A DNA stretch of 64,000 nt from Myxococcales bacterium (GCA_012513515.1 JAAZCA010000029.1:105812-169811), one strand, 5' to 3'. Positions 27,346-38,144 are shown, numbered from the stretch's first letter. Translations and numbers: made by a program. The notes: a model not told the origin generated them from the letters alone.

Positions 27346-28285
27346 CTTCTGCGGCAGATCCATCTTGTGCGGAGAAGAATGGATTCTCTTCCCCGGTAGG
27401 AATTTCCGATTCGGCCTCCCCTTGTGCCCCGAATGTCTCTGCTGCATCTGATCCCCCCGGAATTAGATCTGCAAGCTGCGGCGCCTCTTTCGGGAAAATG
27501 TCCTTTTCGATGCGCCTCAAGCTCTTCAAACTCTGTTCCAAATCATCCAGCGCTTCCATATCCTTGCATTCCGCCTCTTTGTCGGCCTCAAGGGGATAGG
27601 CGCGGATGAGCTCGGCAGATTCTTCTGGCTCACCTTCAGGCAAAGCTTCGTCATCGACGATGACCTCGGTTGGTTCATCGCCGTCATCGACCACGCTATC
27701 ATCCAAAGCTGCAGGAACCGGTTCCCTGGAATCGGTCTGGGTGCGACGCTCGCGCAAAAGATCGTCGACATCTTTCAAGGTCGGAAGTTCTCGCAAGGTG
27801 TTCATGTTAAATATTTCCAGAAACTCCTTTGTCGTTCCGTACAAAAGAGGTTGCCCAGGTTCATCCTTGCGACCGACTATGCGAAGGAGCCTTCTGTCGA
27901 GCAATGTCTTTAAAACGCCGCCGCTGTCTACGCCACGGACCTTTTCTATCTCGCTTCTAACGATGGGTTGTTTGTAGGCGACTATCGCCAAAGTTTCCAG
28001 AGAAGGCGCGGAGAGGCGCATCGGTTTTGGAACGTTGATCTTGCGAAGCCATTCGGAGCAGGAGGGCTTGGTTCTGAACTGATAGCCTCCGGCCACAGTT
28101 GCAAGATGCACCCCGCGCTCTGCGGATTCATTCCAATCCTTCTCTATAGAGGCTATACATTCGCGAACAGCGTTTTTCTCAACACCTGTTTCCTGAAGCG
28201 CAAGAAGAATCCCGTTCTCGGTTATCGGTTCATCGGCTACGAATATCATCGCCTCGATTATCGGTTTCAGCTCGGACGTTTCCAT
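27311..28285 (-). CDS. scpB: segregation and condensation protein B
   Basis: Winged-helix ScpB core (IIEAMIFVADEPI...LRIVGRKDEPGQPLLYGTTKEFL) plus a long acidic C-terminal tail. Start at METSEL; an alternative start is at 28300. Confidence 0.8.
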   Translation of the reverse strand: METSELKPIIEAMIFVADEPITENGILLALQETGVEKNAVRECIASIEKDWNESAERGVHLATVAGGYQFRTKPSCSEWLRKINVPKPMRLSAPSLETLAIVAYKQPIVRSEIEKVRGVDSGGVLKTLLDRRLLRIVGRKDEPGQPLLYGTTKEFLEIFNMNTLRELPTLKDVDDLLRERRTQTDSREPVPAALDDSVVDDGDEPTEVIVDDEALPEGEPEESAELIRAYPLEADKEAECKDMEALDDLEQSLKSLRRIEKDIFPKEAPQLADLIPGGSDAAETFGAQGEAESEIPTGEENPFFSAQDGSAAEDAPAEDDRSVE

Positions 28286-28304
28286 TATGCTCCTCCCCAT
28301 ATTC

Positions 28305-29138
28305 TCATTCCATCGAAGGATTATAGCCACTTTCTGATTTTGACTCGGACGAGGAAGCGTTCGACTCCGTGTCGAGCCTGACCAACTTATCTATCTCCTC
28401 ATCCCCAACCTCTTCCATCACACACTGAAGATGTATCGGGCCGTGGGCCGAGGATTGATATATGCGTATCATCTTGAGTTTGCTCATCTCTAGCAGCGCC
28501 AGAAAAGTAACGACTATAAAAGCACGGCTGTAGTCGCCGGCGAGCATGTCATCTATCGTCTTGGTCATTCCTTTTTTTAGCTGCGAGATGATCTGATAGA
28601 TTCTCTCGTTCACAGAAACCGTATCCATCGCGACGTTGTGAAAATTCTCGGGCGGAATTTTTTTCAGAATATTCGAAAAGGCTGAAATTAAATCGTAGAT
28701 GTTCCCCTCTATCGGCCCCTCTTCGAGGGACTCGATCTTCTCCGGCGACTGCTGAACGAAGACGTCCCTGTCTAAGAGTTGTCGCTTCATGAGAGCCTCA
28801 GAAGCCTCCTTGAACTGCTGATATTCCAGAAGCCTTCTGACGAGATCGGACCTCGGGTCCTCCTCCTCAACCTCGCCGTCATCAGACTCGTCCGGAAGAA
28901 GCAATCTCGATTTTATATGGGCGAGTTCGGCGGCCATGAGAAGAAACTCGCCAGCCAGATCGATATCGAGCTCTTTCAGGGTATCGAGGTATCTCATGTA
29001 CTCCTCAAGAACGAACGAGATCGGAATGTCACAGATATCCAGATCGTTTTTCCTGATCAGGTGCATGAGCAGATCCAGCGGCCCCTCGAATATCTCGAGA
29101 TTTACCCTGTAATCTCCAGCTGCGATATTAAGAGTCAT
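28305..29138 (-). CDS. scpA: segregation and condensation protein A
   Basis: LEIFEGPLDLLMHLIRKNDLDICDIPI is the ScpA N-terminus. Adjacent to scpB. Confidence 0.85.
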   Translation of the reverse strand: MTLNIAAGDYRVNLEIFEGPLDLLMHLIRKNDLDICDIPISFVLEEYMRYLDTLKELDIDLAGEFLLMAAELAHIKSRLLLPDESDDGEVEEEDPRSDLVRRLLEYQQFKEASEALMKRQLLDRDVFVQQSPEKIESLEEGPIEGNIYDLISAFSNILKKIPPENFHNVAMDTVSVNERIYQIISQLKKGMTKTIDDMLAGDYSRAFIVVTFLALLEMSKLKMIRIYQSSAHGPIHLQCVMEEVGDEEIDKLVRLDTESNASSSESKSESGYNPSME

Positions 29139-29172
29139 ATACCATCCACGCGGCCGCACCGATACAACGCGA

Positions 29173-30171
29173 CTATTTGTAGTTTATCTTTATGGCCTCT
29201 CGAACCTGCTGCATTACCTCGCAGGCCACCTTCCTGGCTCGAGCGGAGCCCTCTCTTGCTAGATTCAAAAGTTCCCCTTCCCTTCCGCTCCAGGAATCGC
29301 GCCTCTCCCTTATAGGTTTCCAGAACTTATGCGCATTCTCGATGCACATCTTTTTGCAATCGACACACCCTATCTCAGCCCCTCTGCATTTGGAAGCAAC
29401 CCCACCAACCGCATCGGCATCGGTGAATAATTTATGATAAGCGAAGATGTTGCAAACAGAAGGATCGCCCGGATCGTCGCGTCGTTTCCTCGCAGGATCG
29501 GTTATCGCCTGCATCATCTTCTTCCTGATCTCATCCTCGTCGTCGGAAATGTAGATAGCGTTGCCGAAACTCTTGCTCATCTTGCGACCGTCTATCCCAG
29601 GGACGCGCGCAGACTCGGTCAGCAGAGGCTTTGGCTCGATGAAGACCTCCCGCTTCATTATGAAATGGAAGCGCCTCACCAGTTCTCTCGCAAATTCAAG
29701 ATGCGCAATCTGGTCCTCTCCCACCGGAACGAAATGCGCCTTGTAGATGAGTATGTCGGCAGCCTGCAGGAGCGGATAGCCCAAAAAACCGTATGTGCTT
29801 AGATCTTTGTCGGAGAGCTGCTGCTGCATGTCCTTGAATGACGGAACCCTCTCGAGCCAGCCGAGGGGGGTTATCATCGACAGCAGAAGGTGAAGCTCAG
29901 CATGCTCCGGCACCCACGACTGTACGAAGATGGTGGATTTTTTGGGATCGAGACCGCAGGCGATCCAATCTTTCAGAATCTCCTCCATCAATGGAAAAAT
30001 TTCCCCGCTCTCCTCGTAACCAGTAGTAAGCGAATGCCAATCGGCTATGAAATAGAAACACTCGTAATCGTCCTGTATATCCACCCAGTTTTTAAGGGCA
30101 CCAAAATAATTCCCCCAGTGTAATTTCCCGGTGGGGCGGTTTCCGCTCAGAACTCTTCTCTGGCTCTGCAT
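29173..30171 (-). CDS. trpS: tryptophanyl-tRNA synthetase
   Basis: Class I motifs GNRPTGKLHWGNY (HIGH-like) and KMSKSFGN (KMSKS). Start at MQSQRRV. Confidence 0.88.
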   Translation of the reverse strand: MQSQRRVLSGNRPTGKLHWGNYFGALKNWVDIQDDYECFYFIADWHSLTTGYEESGEIFPLMEEILKDWIACGLDPKKSTIFVQSWVPEHAELHLLLSMITPLGWLERVPSFKDMQQQLSDKDLSTYGFLGYPLLQAADILIYKAHFVPVGEDQIAHLEFARELVRRFHFIMKREVFIEPKPLLTESARVPGIDGRKMSKSFGNAIYISDDEDEIRKKMMQAITDPARKRRDDPGDPSVCNIFAYHKLFTDADAVGGVASKCRGAEIGCVDCKKMCIENAHKFWKPIRERRDSWSGREGELLNLAREGSARARKVACEVMQQVREAIKINYK

Positions 30172-30217
30172 CTGAAATTTTCTCCTTAAACTAAAATCCG
30201 CCCGCAGGCGCTTCCGG

Positions 30218-30883
30218 TCACGGCAGAAGGTAGTTAGCCACAAAAAACACGGGAATAAGCATGTACCTTAACAACCCGCTCACGAACAGGGCAAGTAAAA
30301 TAAAGAAGCTGTACCTCGAGAATTTGTCGTATCCACGAAGGCTTGCTACCGGAAGAATACCTCGGAGAACCGTTCCCCCGTCCAGAGGGGGAAGTGGGAT
30401 CATGTTGAATATTCCAAGGACCAGATTCAGAATTACGCCCATCTCGAAAATAGATAGCGATATGCCGATTACTGAAGAAAGTACCCCGCCCGGCACTAAG
30501 TTTGGAAGGATGTAAGGAACCGCAGCATATGTAAGCCGCACGAGGATGGCAAAGACTACCGCCAGAAAGAAATTGCTCAGTGGGCCGAAGGCGGCGACCC
30601 AAAGGCTCGACCTCCTTACGTCGCCGCGAAACTCGCTGGGATCGACCGGAACTGGCTTGCCCCATCCTATGACCGGAGCGCCGGTGAGAATCCCAAATAT
30701 CGGAAGCATCACTGTGCCGACAATATCCATGTGGGCAAGCGGATTCAACGTGATACGGCCGAAGATCCTTGCGGTCCTGTCGCCAAACTTCTCCGCCATA
30801 AAGCCATGCGCCGCTTCGTGAAAGGAGAGCGAAAAAAGAAAGAGCGGATAAAAGAGCAAAAGCTCCATCAGTCGATTTTGCAT
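30218..30883 (-). CDS. M50 family (site-2 protease-like) membrane zinc metalloprotease
   Basis: HEAAHG in the first TM helix. Multi-pass membrane protein of 221 aa. Confidence 0.75.
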   Translation of the reverse strand: MQNRLMELLLFYPLFLFSLSFHEAAHGFMAEKFGDRTARIFGRITLNPLAHMDIVGTVMLPIFGILTGAPVIGWGKPVPVDPSEFRGDVRRSSLWVAAFGPLSNFFLAVVFAILVRLTYAAVPYILPNLVPGGVLSSVIGISLSIFEMGVILNLVLGIFNMIPLPPLDGGTVLRGILPVASLRGYDKFSRYSFFILLALFVSGLLRYMLIPVFFVANYLLP

Positions 30884-30937
30884 ATCCGCTGCAAGTATTT
30901 GTATTCCCTCATTTTGTCAACGCAAAGGATAAGTAAA

Positions 30938-32260
30938 TCAACCATTTTGGGGCAGCAGCGCCGCACGCAGGTTGAGAGGATCGAGTTGCCAGATATTTTC
31001 GATATCCGACATGGTTTTCCCATATTTGTAAAATACAGGGCTATAGTATGGATCCGTCGCAGGGTCGCCGCTGGGGCGGATTAATCTGAACAGCTCATCC
31101 TGATTGAGTCCATGCCCCAGATCGAGCCCCAGCCCGCCTCCCAGCGAAATCCATTCGGCCCTCAAATCCATAGGCGTCATATCGCCGGAATATTTTGGAT
31201 ACGGAGGGGCAACTCCGAGAAAGGCTTCCATCGTCTGCAGATCATTTCTCGCCAGCGGTTCCCGCTCGTAAAACTGCGTCCATCTTGCGGCCAGCTCCGC
31301 GCACTTTTTAGCCGAAAATATCTTCGAGGGTACAGGGGCTGTCTCTGGAGCGAGTATGTCGTAAAGCTCGGGATTGTTCCTCCTCCATTTCGCAAGGATT
31401 TTCTTGCAGGACTGGGCGGACATTTTATATTCAGCGAGATACATCGAACCCAAATCCTTCATAGCCCGAGGTAAAACAGCTTCGATAAAACCTGCGAGAA
31501 GTTCCTCGCCCTGATTTTCCCCACCGGCCATCACCCTGGCTATCAACCTGCCATATTTATCCGAGTAGTCCAGGGAGCCCTGAATTCCCTTGTCCACTCC
31601 TAGTATGGTATAAGCCGGGGCAAGGCTGATACCCGTTTCAGCAAAATGGTGACCAAAGGCCGTCGTAACGACGTTTGCGATCTTGCCGCTATACACAATT
31701 CTCAGCCCTATCAATACCTCCAGAGCTTTTCTGTCCGCAGAGGAAAGGCCGTATGTATCGCTCAAATACATGGCTATCGCCCTCTTCTGGCGATTGAGCT
31801 TTTCACTGGGATTGGACTCCGCCGTATCGATTCCATCCATCCTGATGTTGATTCTGGTATCAAACCACTCCCCATCTTTCAAAAATGCTTCGACGCGCGC
31901 GGTATCCCCATCGGCAAATGGTTTATCCGCAGAGAGGCGAACCTCGACGGGAGCGAATCTTCCCTCCTCCATGTAGAGGGGCATCCCTCCAAAAAAGTTG
32001 CGATTGATAGATCCCCATGTTTTACGCGCCAGGTCGGTATCGGTCTTTCTGCCAAACAGCATCTCTCGGCCGACTCGAAAGGCGAGCAGCGAGGTAACCT
32101 GGCCGTTCCTATATTTTAGTTTAGCCTGCGGAAGTGTCCTGCTCACATTGATGAAAAAGGACTCCGCAGCGGAAGGAAGCCCGAGCTGTGAGAACGGCAT
32201 CGTAACTGGTACTGGAAATCTTGCTGCAGTGGCTGGAATTGCGGAAACGGGGGAAATCAT
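30938..32260 (-). CDS. hypothetical protein with a thermonuclease (SNase)-like core
   Basis: ADGDTARVE...TRINIRMDGIDTAES...DKYGRLIARV parallels SNase DGDTVKL...FRLLLVDTPE...DKYGRGLAYIY. About 150 extra C-terminal residues are unassigned. Confidence 0.45.
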   Translation of the reverse strand: MISPVSAIPATAARFPVPVTMPFSQLGLPSAAESFFINVSRTLPQAKLKYRNGQVTSLLAFRVGREMLFGRKTDTDLARKTWGSINRNFFGGMPLYMEEGRFAPVEVRLSADKPFADGDTARVEAFLKDGEWFDTRINIRMDGIDTAESNPSEKLNRQKRAIAMYLSDTYGLSSADRKALEVLIGLRIVYSGKIANVVTTAFGHHFAETGISLAPAYTILGVDKGIQGSLDYSDKYGRLIARVMAGGENQGEELLAGFIEAVLPRAMKDLGSMYLAEYKMSAQSCKKILAKWRRNNPELYDILAPETAPVPSKIFSAKKCAELAARWTQFYEREPLARNDLQTMEAFLGVAPPYPKYSGDMTPMDLRAEWISLGGGLGLDLGHGLNQDELFRLIRPSGDPATDPYYSPVFYKYGKTMSDIENIWQLDPLNLRAALLPQNG

Positions 32261-32379
32261 AGCTGCCTCCTTAAAGTCTGTTGTGGCCGTCCCCCGGCGA
32301 CGAGTCGGATAATACCACTACGCCCCCAACTGTCAATTAATATTCCAATTTTTCTTCCTTTTCCGGGGGGATCATCGCT

Positions 32380-32448
32380 GACCATGGACCATGGACAATT
32401 GACCATCGACCAAAACCACCGATCGCAGCTGGTCTATGGTCCATTGTC
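32380..32448. repeat. dispersed palindromic repeat, copy 2
   Basis: GACCATGGACCATGGACAATTGACCATCGACCAAAACCACCGATCGCAGCTGGTCTATGGTCCATTGTC. Has a 46 nt identical core with copy 1. Confidence 0.7.
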
Positions 32449-32475
32449 AATCGTCACCAGTCACGGTGGTTACGG

Positions 32476-33375
32476 CTAGGCCCTAGGATGAAATTTCTTA
32501 TAGAGCTCCTGTAGGTGCCTTCTGGAAAGATGGGTGTAAATCTGCGTTGTCGCGATATCGACATGCCCCAGCATCATCTGTACGACGCGCAGGTCGGCGC
32601 CGCGTTCGATTAGATGGGTCGCAAATGAATGGCGAAGCATATGCGGGGTAACGTTTATCTTTATCCCCGCCTTTCTCGCATAAAATTTGATGATCTCCCA
32701 TAGGCGCTGCCTGGATATCCTGCCGCCGCGCCGCGAAAGAAAGAGTTCGTCAACAACCATCCCGCGGGCCAGCTTGCCTCTCCCCTCTTCCAAGTATAAC
32801 GCAATCGCCGCAATTGCCTCCCCCCCCATCGGGACCACCCTCTCCTTCGAACCCTTGCCGAAGGGCATGCAGTATCCCTGCTGAAGATTGATCCTGTCGG
32901 TGGTAAGCCCCGACATTTCGGAGATCCGAAGCCCGGAGGCATAGAAAAGTTCTAAAATCGCGTGATCGCGAACTCCGAGCGTCGTCTTCACATCGGGCTG
33001 GCGAAGCATCAGGTCCACCTGCTCGATTGAAAGAAACTTCGGAAGCTTCTTCCACCTGCCGGGAAATTCGATCTGCGCGGTAGGATCGGTGGATATTATT
33101 TTTTCACGGGTCATGAAGGAAAAGAAACCACGCAAAACAACTAGGTACCTGGTGATGCTTCTGGTGCCGATTCCACCCTCGGCAAGGGAGGCGAGAAAGG
33201 AGAGCGCCAAATCCTCTCCAATCTCTGCGACCTCACCTATTTTCCGTTTCTCAGCGTATTCGGCGAAGGATCTCAAATCATGCGAGTAGGCCTCGACCGA
33301 ATTTTTTGCGAGCTGCCTCTCCACCCTGAGATGGTTGAGATAAAAATCGATTCTTGAATAGAGATCGGACTGCAT
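32476..33375 (-). CDS. xerD: tyrosine site-specific recombinase XerD/XerC
   Basis: N-terminal SAM-like core-binding domain. Catalytic RHSFATHLIE...LGHVDIATTQIYTH (R, H, R, Y). Confidence 0.85.
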   Translation of the reverse strand: MQSDLYSRIDFYLNHLRVERQLAKNSVEAYSHDLRSFAEYAEKRKIGEVAEIGEDLALSFLASLAEGGIGTRSITRYLVVLRGFFSFMTREKIISTDPTAQIEFPGRWKKLPKFLSIEQVDLMLRQPDVKTTLGVRDHAILELFYASGLRISEMSGLTTDRINLQQGYCMPFGKGSKERVVPMGGEAIAAIALYLEEGRGKLARGMVVDELFLSRRGGRISRQRLWEIIKFYARKAGIKINVTPHMLRHSFATHLIERGADLRVVQMMLGHVDIATTQIYTHLSRRHLQELYKKFHPRA

Positions 33376-33428
33376 TTGTCCTCTATTTCCCCTTGTACGC
33401 AACATGATCTTAATTTATCCTGCTCCGC

Positions 33429-34217
33429 ATGTCCAGAATACAACAGTTCAGGGAAGGATTTCACTTCATTTCAAAGGGATTTAAATTCATACTTGCGAAT
33501 AGATCGACATGGCTTCTGGCGGCCCTGCCCATGCTGATCAACCTGATTATTCTCATCGCCATGATAGCGCTGCTCATAAACTACTACGGCGATATATATT
33601 CATTCATAACTTCCCATCTGTGGGAAATAAGTTTCGATCCATCCGGCAGATGGTATCTTTACCCATTGGCAGCCCTCCTCTGGATCGTCAGGCTTATCCT
33701 CAGAATCGTAATAGGACTAATAAGCCTCATATTGATACTGGTAGTCTCCTATTGCATGAGCTTCATAATCGCAGCGCCATTTAACGATGCGCTCTCCGAA
33801 AAGGTGGAGAGGATAGCGACCGGAAAAGATCCGGAGAAGTTCACCTTCGCGAAGTTCGTGCGCGATCTGGCAAGGACGGTGAAGGTCGAGTTGATAAAAG
33901 CGGCGGTACTGATATCCATCCCCATCGTGCTTTTCGTCGTCAGCTTCATACCGATCGCAGGCCCTGCGTTGTACATGGCCCTCACCACGATCTTCGGCGC
34001 ATGCGACCTCGGATTTTCATTCGCAGAACTCCCCATGGGAAGACGCACCGCCCCTTTCAGAGAAAGACTTTCATTCGCCAGAAAAAACTTCTGGATGTTG
34101 ACCGGATTTGGCATTCCATTCGCAATCCCATTTTTTGCCATAATCTTTGCACCAGCCATGGTGGCGGGCGGGACGCTGATCTACATATCCTTGACATCTC
34201 CCCCTCTCGATAGCTAG
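33429..34217 (+). CDS. CysZ/EI24-family inner membrane protein
   Basis: 262 aa with 4-6 TM helices. Family-like N-terminus FREGFHFISKGFKFILANRSTWLLAALPMLINLII. Confidence 0.5.
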   Translation: MSRIQQFREGFHFISKGFKFILANRSTWLLAALPMLINLIILIAMIALLINYYGDIYSFITSHLWEISFDPSGRWYLYPLAALLWIVRLILRIVIGLISLILILVVSYCMSFIIAAPFNDALSEKVERIATGKDPEKFTFAKFVRDLARTVKVELIKAAVLISIPIVLFVVSFIPIAGPALYMALTTIFGACDLGFSFAELPMGRRTAPFRERLSFARKNFWMLTGFGIPFAIPFFAIIFAPAMVAGGTLIYISLTSPPLDS

Positions 34218-34229
34218 AGATGCCCGGCA

Positions 34230-34829
34230 ATGCCAGTGCCAATAAAAAAGAAGACTTCCTCCCCTCCTGAGATAGCGAGAACGCCCTTTTTCTATCCGGC
34301 ACGCATCTCTCTGCGGGATTACGACCGCATAATACTGGAGATAGGCCCCGGACGCGGCGATTTTCTATTTCACCTTGCGGAAAAAAATCCTGAGGCGGTG
34401 ATCGTCGGAATAGAGATAAAGGAAAAGCGCGTCGCCAAACTGATCAGACGCGTCGAAAACCGCGGGTTGAAAAATGTGGTCATCATTTTAAGCGATGCCA
34501 AGGACGTTATTGAAAAGATTTTCGAAAATTCATCAGTGGAAGAAATTCATATAAATTTTCCAGACCCGTGGCCAAAGAACAGGCATTCAAAAAATCGTTT
34601 GATCACTGAGCTCTTCTTGGAGAAATGCGCGCTAATATTAAAAGATGGTGGGGCGATAAACTTTGCCACCGACGATTTTACTTATGCGCAGGCGGCTGAA
34701 AAATCAGCCCTCTGCGTTAAGCGGATCAAGCTTGCCCCTCCCTCCGAGGACCAGTTCCCCACCTATTTTGCGATGAAATGGAAAATGAGTGGAAGAAAAT
34801 TGAACTATTTTAGGTTTGTAAAAACCTGA
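34230..34829 (+). CDS. trmB: tRNA (guanine46-N7)-methyltransferase
   Basis: LEIGPGRGDF SAM motif. FPDPWPKNRH hallmark. Confidence 0.88.
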   Translation: MPVPIKKKTSSPPEIARTPFFYPARISLRDYDRIILEIGPGRGDFLFHLAEKNPEAVIVGIEIKEKRVAKLIRRVENRGLKNVVIILSDAKDVIEKIFENSSVEEIHINFPDPWPKNRHSKNRLITELFLEKCALILKDGGAINFATDDFTYAQAAEKSALCVKRIKLAPPSEDQFPTYFAMKWKMSGRKLNYFRFVKT

Positions 34830-34856
34830 CTTCAGCACAAAAACGGATCCCTAATT

Positions 34857-35939
34857 TCACTTGTCAACTTTTCGTCTGTTTCCAATCGCGGAGCCGGGGC
34901 CCTGTGCAACCGTGCGGTTTATCGATTCGATTCGCCTTCTCATACAGCCGTGACAGTCATCAGCCGACTCATTTATGCATGCCTTGTCAGGATATATCTC
35001 GTAATGAACCCTGTACTTCACAGGTGTGATATTTGGCATCAGGACATTTGCCCCCCTCTGAAGCCCGAGCTCGCGCCCCTTGGCCAGATTGAGCGTAGCC
35101 AGCGCCGTGGTACTGGGGATATTCGCTCGCGGACATACTATTCTGGAAAGCGCCAGGACCTTGTAGGTCATCAATTCACTATTTGGAACCTGTTCATCCT
35201 CTGAAATATTTTTATCAGCGACGGTTTTTGCAAGAGGAGTTTCCGGGTGAAGGATAAATGGGCCAACTCCGATCATGTCGAGATCGAGGGAACGAAACAG
35301 CTCGAGATCGCTTGCAAGATCCTCATAACTCTGACCCGGTATCCCAACCATGACGCCGCTGCCTATCTCATAGCCTAGACCTCTCAGATCGTTCAGAATT
35401 GAAATTCTATCGACCTCATCTCTCCCATCACAGGGAGGGTGTATCGAACGAAAGAGATCCGGATTGGAGGTCTCGAAGCGGATGAGGTAGCGATCTGCGC
35501 CGGCATCGCGCCACGCAGAAAGTTCTTCGACAGAACGCTCACCCAAGCTCAAGGTGATAGCAAGCCCGGTTTCGCCCTTGATCCTTTCGATGAGATCGGA
35601 CATCCATACTTTCTTGATTCCGGGATCTTCTCCAGCCTGCATAACGAGGGTCCCGTAGCCAAATTCGGAGGCCTTTTTTGCACAATCCAGAATTTCATCT
35701 GCGGTCATCCTGTAGCGCTTGACTGAATGATTGCCAACCCTGAGCCCACAATATAAGCATCGTCTCACGCAATAATTGGAAATTTCGACCAGCCCGCGCA
35801 GATGGACACCATCCCCAACTGAAGTCTTTCTAATTTCATCAGCCTTAGCCCAAAGCTCTTCGAGCCTCACCTCATCGTATTCACGCAGCCAACCGAGTAT
35901 TTCTTTTCTGTTCACAGCTCGCCTCTTCTTGCCGGTCAC
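34857..35939 (-). CDS. radical SAM protein, HydE/BioB-like ([FeFe]-hydrogenase maturase HydE-like)
   Basis: VEISNYCVRRCLYCGLRVGN is a CxxxCxxC with a HydE-style context. LVMQAGEDP. 360 aa. Confidence 0.65.
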   Translation of the reverse strand: MTGKKRRAVNRKEILGWLREYDEVRLEELWAKADEIRKTSVGDGVHLRGLVEISNYCVRRCLYCGLRVGNHSVKRYRMTADEILDCAKKASEFGYGTLVMQAGEDPGIKKVWMSDLIERIKGETGLAITLSLGERSVEELSAWRDAGADRYLIRFETSNPDLFRSIHPPCDGRDEVDRISILNDLRGLGYEIGSGVMVGIPGQSYEDLASDLELFRSLDLDMIGVGPFILHPETPLAKTVADKNISEDEQVPNSELMTYKVLALSRIVCPRANIPSTTALATLNLAKGRELGLQRGANVLMPNITPVKYRVHYEIYPDKACINESADDCHGCMRRRIESINRTVAQGPGSAIGNRRKVDK

Positions 35940-35965
35940 GGCAGTTACGGGATGAGACTATCGAA

Positions 35966-36505
35966 TTATTTAATCAAATTCATGAACTCGGATCTCGTCT
36001 CGGGACGCCTGCGGAATGCTCCGTGCATGGCGCTCGTGATCACCGAGGTGCCGCGTTTCTGCACTCCACGCATCTGCATGCAGAGATGCTCGGCCTCAAC
36101 GACGACAGCCACCCCTTTTGGTTGGAGGACATCCATCAAAGTATCGGCAATCTGATTTGTAAGACGCTCCTGAAGCTGCAGCCTGCGCGCGAAGAGATCC
36201 ACCATTCGCGCTATTTTCGATATGCCAACTATCTTATCGTTTGGAAGATAGCCTACATGGGCATGACCAAAAAACGGCAGCAAATGATGTTCGCACATGC
36301 TGTAGAGGGGGATATTCTTTACGAGAATCATCTCCTCATGCTTATCGGAAAAAACCGAGTTCATTATGAGCGAACGCGGGTCCTGCAAATACCCCTCCAT
36401 CAGAAAAGCCAGCGAATGCTTCACCCTGCCGGGAGTTTTCAAAAGCCCCTCCCTGTCGGGATCCTCTCCAATAGCAATCAAAAGATCCCTAATTATCTTT
36501 TCCAT
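35966..36505 (-). CDS. folE: GTP cyclohydrolase I
   Basis: [12 protein letters not shown] and [12 protein letters not shown] motifs. Start at MEKIIRD. Confidence 0.9.
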   Translation of the reverse strand: MEKIIRDLLIAIGEDPDREGLLKTPGRVKHSLAFLMEGYLQDPRSLIMNSVFSDKHEEMILVKNIPLYSMCEHHLLPFFGHAHVGYLPNDKIVGISKIARMVDLFARRLQLQERLTNQIADTLMDVLQPKGVAVVVEAEHLCMQMRGVQKRGTSVITSAMHGAFRRRPETRSEFMNLIK

Positions 36506-38144
36506 GGGTATCCCCTTCAGTCCTGCCGATGACATCGATCAGGGCGCTCCTAATCGAGTCCTTGCCATAATCGGCGATATCTATATCCGCATAGATCCTG
36601 CCGTCCGGATCCGTAAAAATTATCGAGGGCATTCCTATGACTCCATAACGGTCCATTATAGCCTTTATATCCGGCGTCTCCACCGTGGTATCTATCTTCA
36701 GAGGCACCAACCGATATGTAAGCCTAGCTAGTTCTTCATCCCAAAAAAGACAATCCAGTTTTCTGCATGGAGGGCACCACTTGGCCGAAAAATAGACCAT
36801 CATCGGACGCCTCTCCCGCGATGCCAAGGCGGATGCTACGTTGACGTCAGTAAGCCACTCCACGTCCGGAACCGCTTGGTGGAAGATCCTGCACGAACCG
36901 CTTATAAGCGCGGACCCATAGAACAAAGCCGGAATAAGAATCAAGACCCCAAGCATCCTCCTGATCCATACGGTCCACTTTCCCCCTCGTAATTTTCCGG
37001 TAAGTTCACCAAATCCGGCGCCAAGGGCTATGAACAAAAGCCCCATCCCCATCGAGAACAGCATAAGTACGGCGAAGCCAAGGAGGTAATCCCTCTGGAG
37101 CGCAACATATCCAAGCATGGACATGAGCACCGGTCCGGCACACGGAGATGCTATGAGACCCAGCCCCATTCCCGCAAAGAAGGAGCCGAGATAGCCATCC
37201 CCCCCCAACGCATGAAGTTTTACATGCCATCTGCAAGGGAGCCTCACTTCAAAGAGGCCGAACATCGAAAGGCTCATCGCTACAAAAAAGAGAACTACAG
37301 CGGCCAAAAATATTCTACTCTGGAACAGGAAACCCAGGTTCTTGCCCAACCCTACAGCGAGGAGCCCCAGCACTGAATAGACTATGGAAATTCCCAGAGT
37401 CAGGCAGAAGGACAAGAGCATATTTTCCAAGAACTTCTTATGGGGATGAACTCCGACAAATACCAGGACCGTAGGAATGATCGGCCAGACGCATGGAGTA
37501 AGAGATGTGAGAATGCCCGCCAAAAATACGAGCAGAAGTGTCAGCGCGATTCCCCCACCCGCAAGCCTACCCGCGGAGATATCCTCATGAATGCTCTTCA
37601 ACCTTGAAAGCTGGCTCTTAGCGCTTTTTAACGCATCTGACGACTGTCGCCCGCTTTCCTTCTCAGCGACGGGGGCCTGTTTTATCACATCGACCAGAAA
37701 GGTAACAACTCGCATCTCCGGCCTGAAGCAAATTTTGTCGGAGCACCCCTGAAAGGATACGTTGGCCACGACCTCCCGTTCACCGATGGAAAGCTCATCC
37801 GGGACCCTCCCTGTTATCTTGAGATGGACATCCGAATCGTACGCCTTGACGAGCCTGTTAAAAAACGGGTCCCTTTTCCTGACAGTTTGCGGATAGTGAA
37901 CATCGGTAACTATCAGTCCCTCGAAACTCGAAAAGTCTATATCCGTCTCCTCTGCGTAGAGGTAATGCCCCTCCGGGACGCGTATCTCTACCGACAGGGT
38001 AAAAGACTCTCCCTGTCTGACCCGTTTGGATTCGTCGTTCCAATGGACGGAAAAGGGCCCACCGGTCGAGATGGAGGAATAAGCGACCGCGCTGAAAATC
38101 TGCGTAAGGAGGATAGTTAAAACGGCAAAGATCGTTCTCTTCAT
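36489..38144 (-). CDS. dsbD: thiol:disulfide interchange protein DsbD
   Basis: Signal peptide. DsbD-alpha-like N-terminal domain. 8-TM core with LTPCVWP and SPCAGP. C-terminal thioredoxin WCPPC. Confidence 0.85.
   Translation of the reverse strand: MKRTIFAVLTILLTQIFSAVAYSSISTGGPFSVHWNDESKRVRQGESFTLSVEIRVPEGHYLYAEETDIDFSSFEGLIVTDVHYPQTVRKRDPFFNRLVKAYDSDVHLKITGRVPDELSIGEREVVANVSFQGCSDKICFRPEMRVVTFLVDVIKQAPVAEKESGRQSSDALKSAKSQLSRLKSIHEDISAGRLAGGGIALTLLLVFLAGILTSLTPCVWPIIPTVLVFVGVHPHKKFLENMLLSFCLTLGISIVYSVLGLLAVGLGKNLGFLFQSRIFLAAVVLFFVAMSLSMFGLFEVRLPCRWHVKLHALGGDGYLGSFFAGMGLGLIASPCAGPVLMSMLGYVALQRDYLLGFAVLMLFSMGMGLLFIALGAGFGELTGKLRGGKWTVWIRRMLGVLILIPALFYGSALISGSCRIFHQAVPDVEWLTDVNVASALASRERRPMMVYFSAKWCPPCRKLDCLFWDEELARLTYRLVPLKIDTTVETPDIKAIMDRYGVIGMPSIIFTDPDGRIYADIDIADYGKDSIRSALIDVIGRTEGDTHGKDN

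Noticed and set aside
32476-33375. xerD as a marker of an integrative mobile element
   Set aside because: It has the full XerC/D housekeeping architecture, sits among core genes (CysZ-like, trmB, folE), and no phage or conjugative genes are nearby.
34857-35939. Taking the HydE-like gene as evidence of an [FeFe] hydrogenase system here
   Set aside because: No hydA, hydG or hydF is in the window. Orphan HydE-like radical SAM proteins are common.
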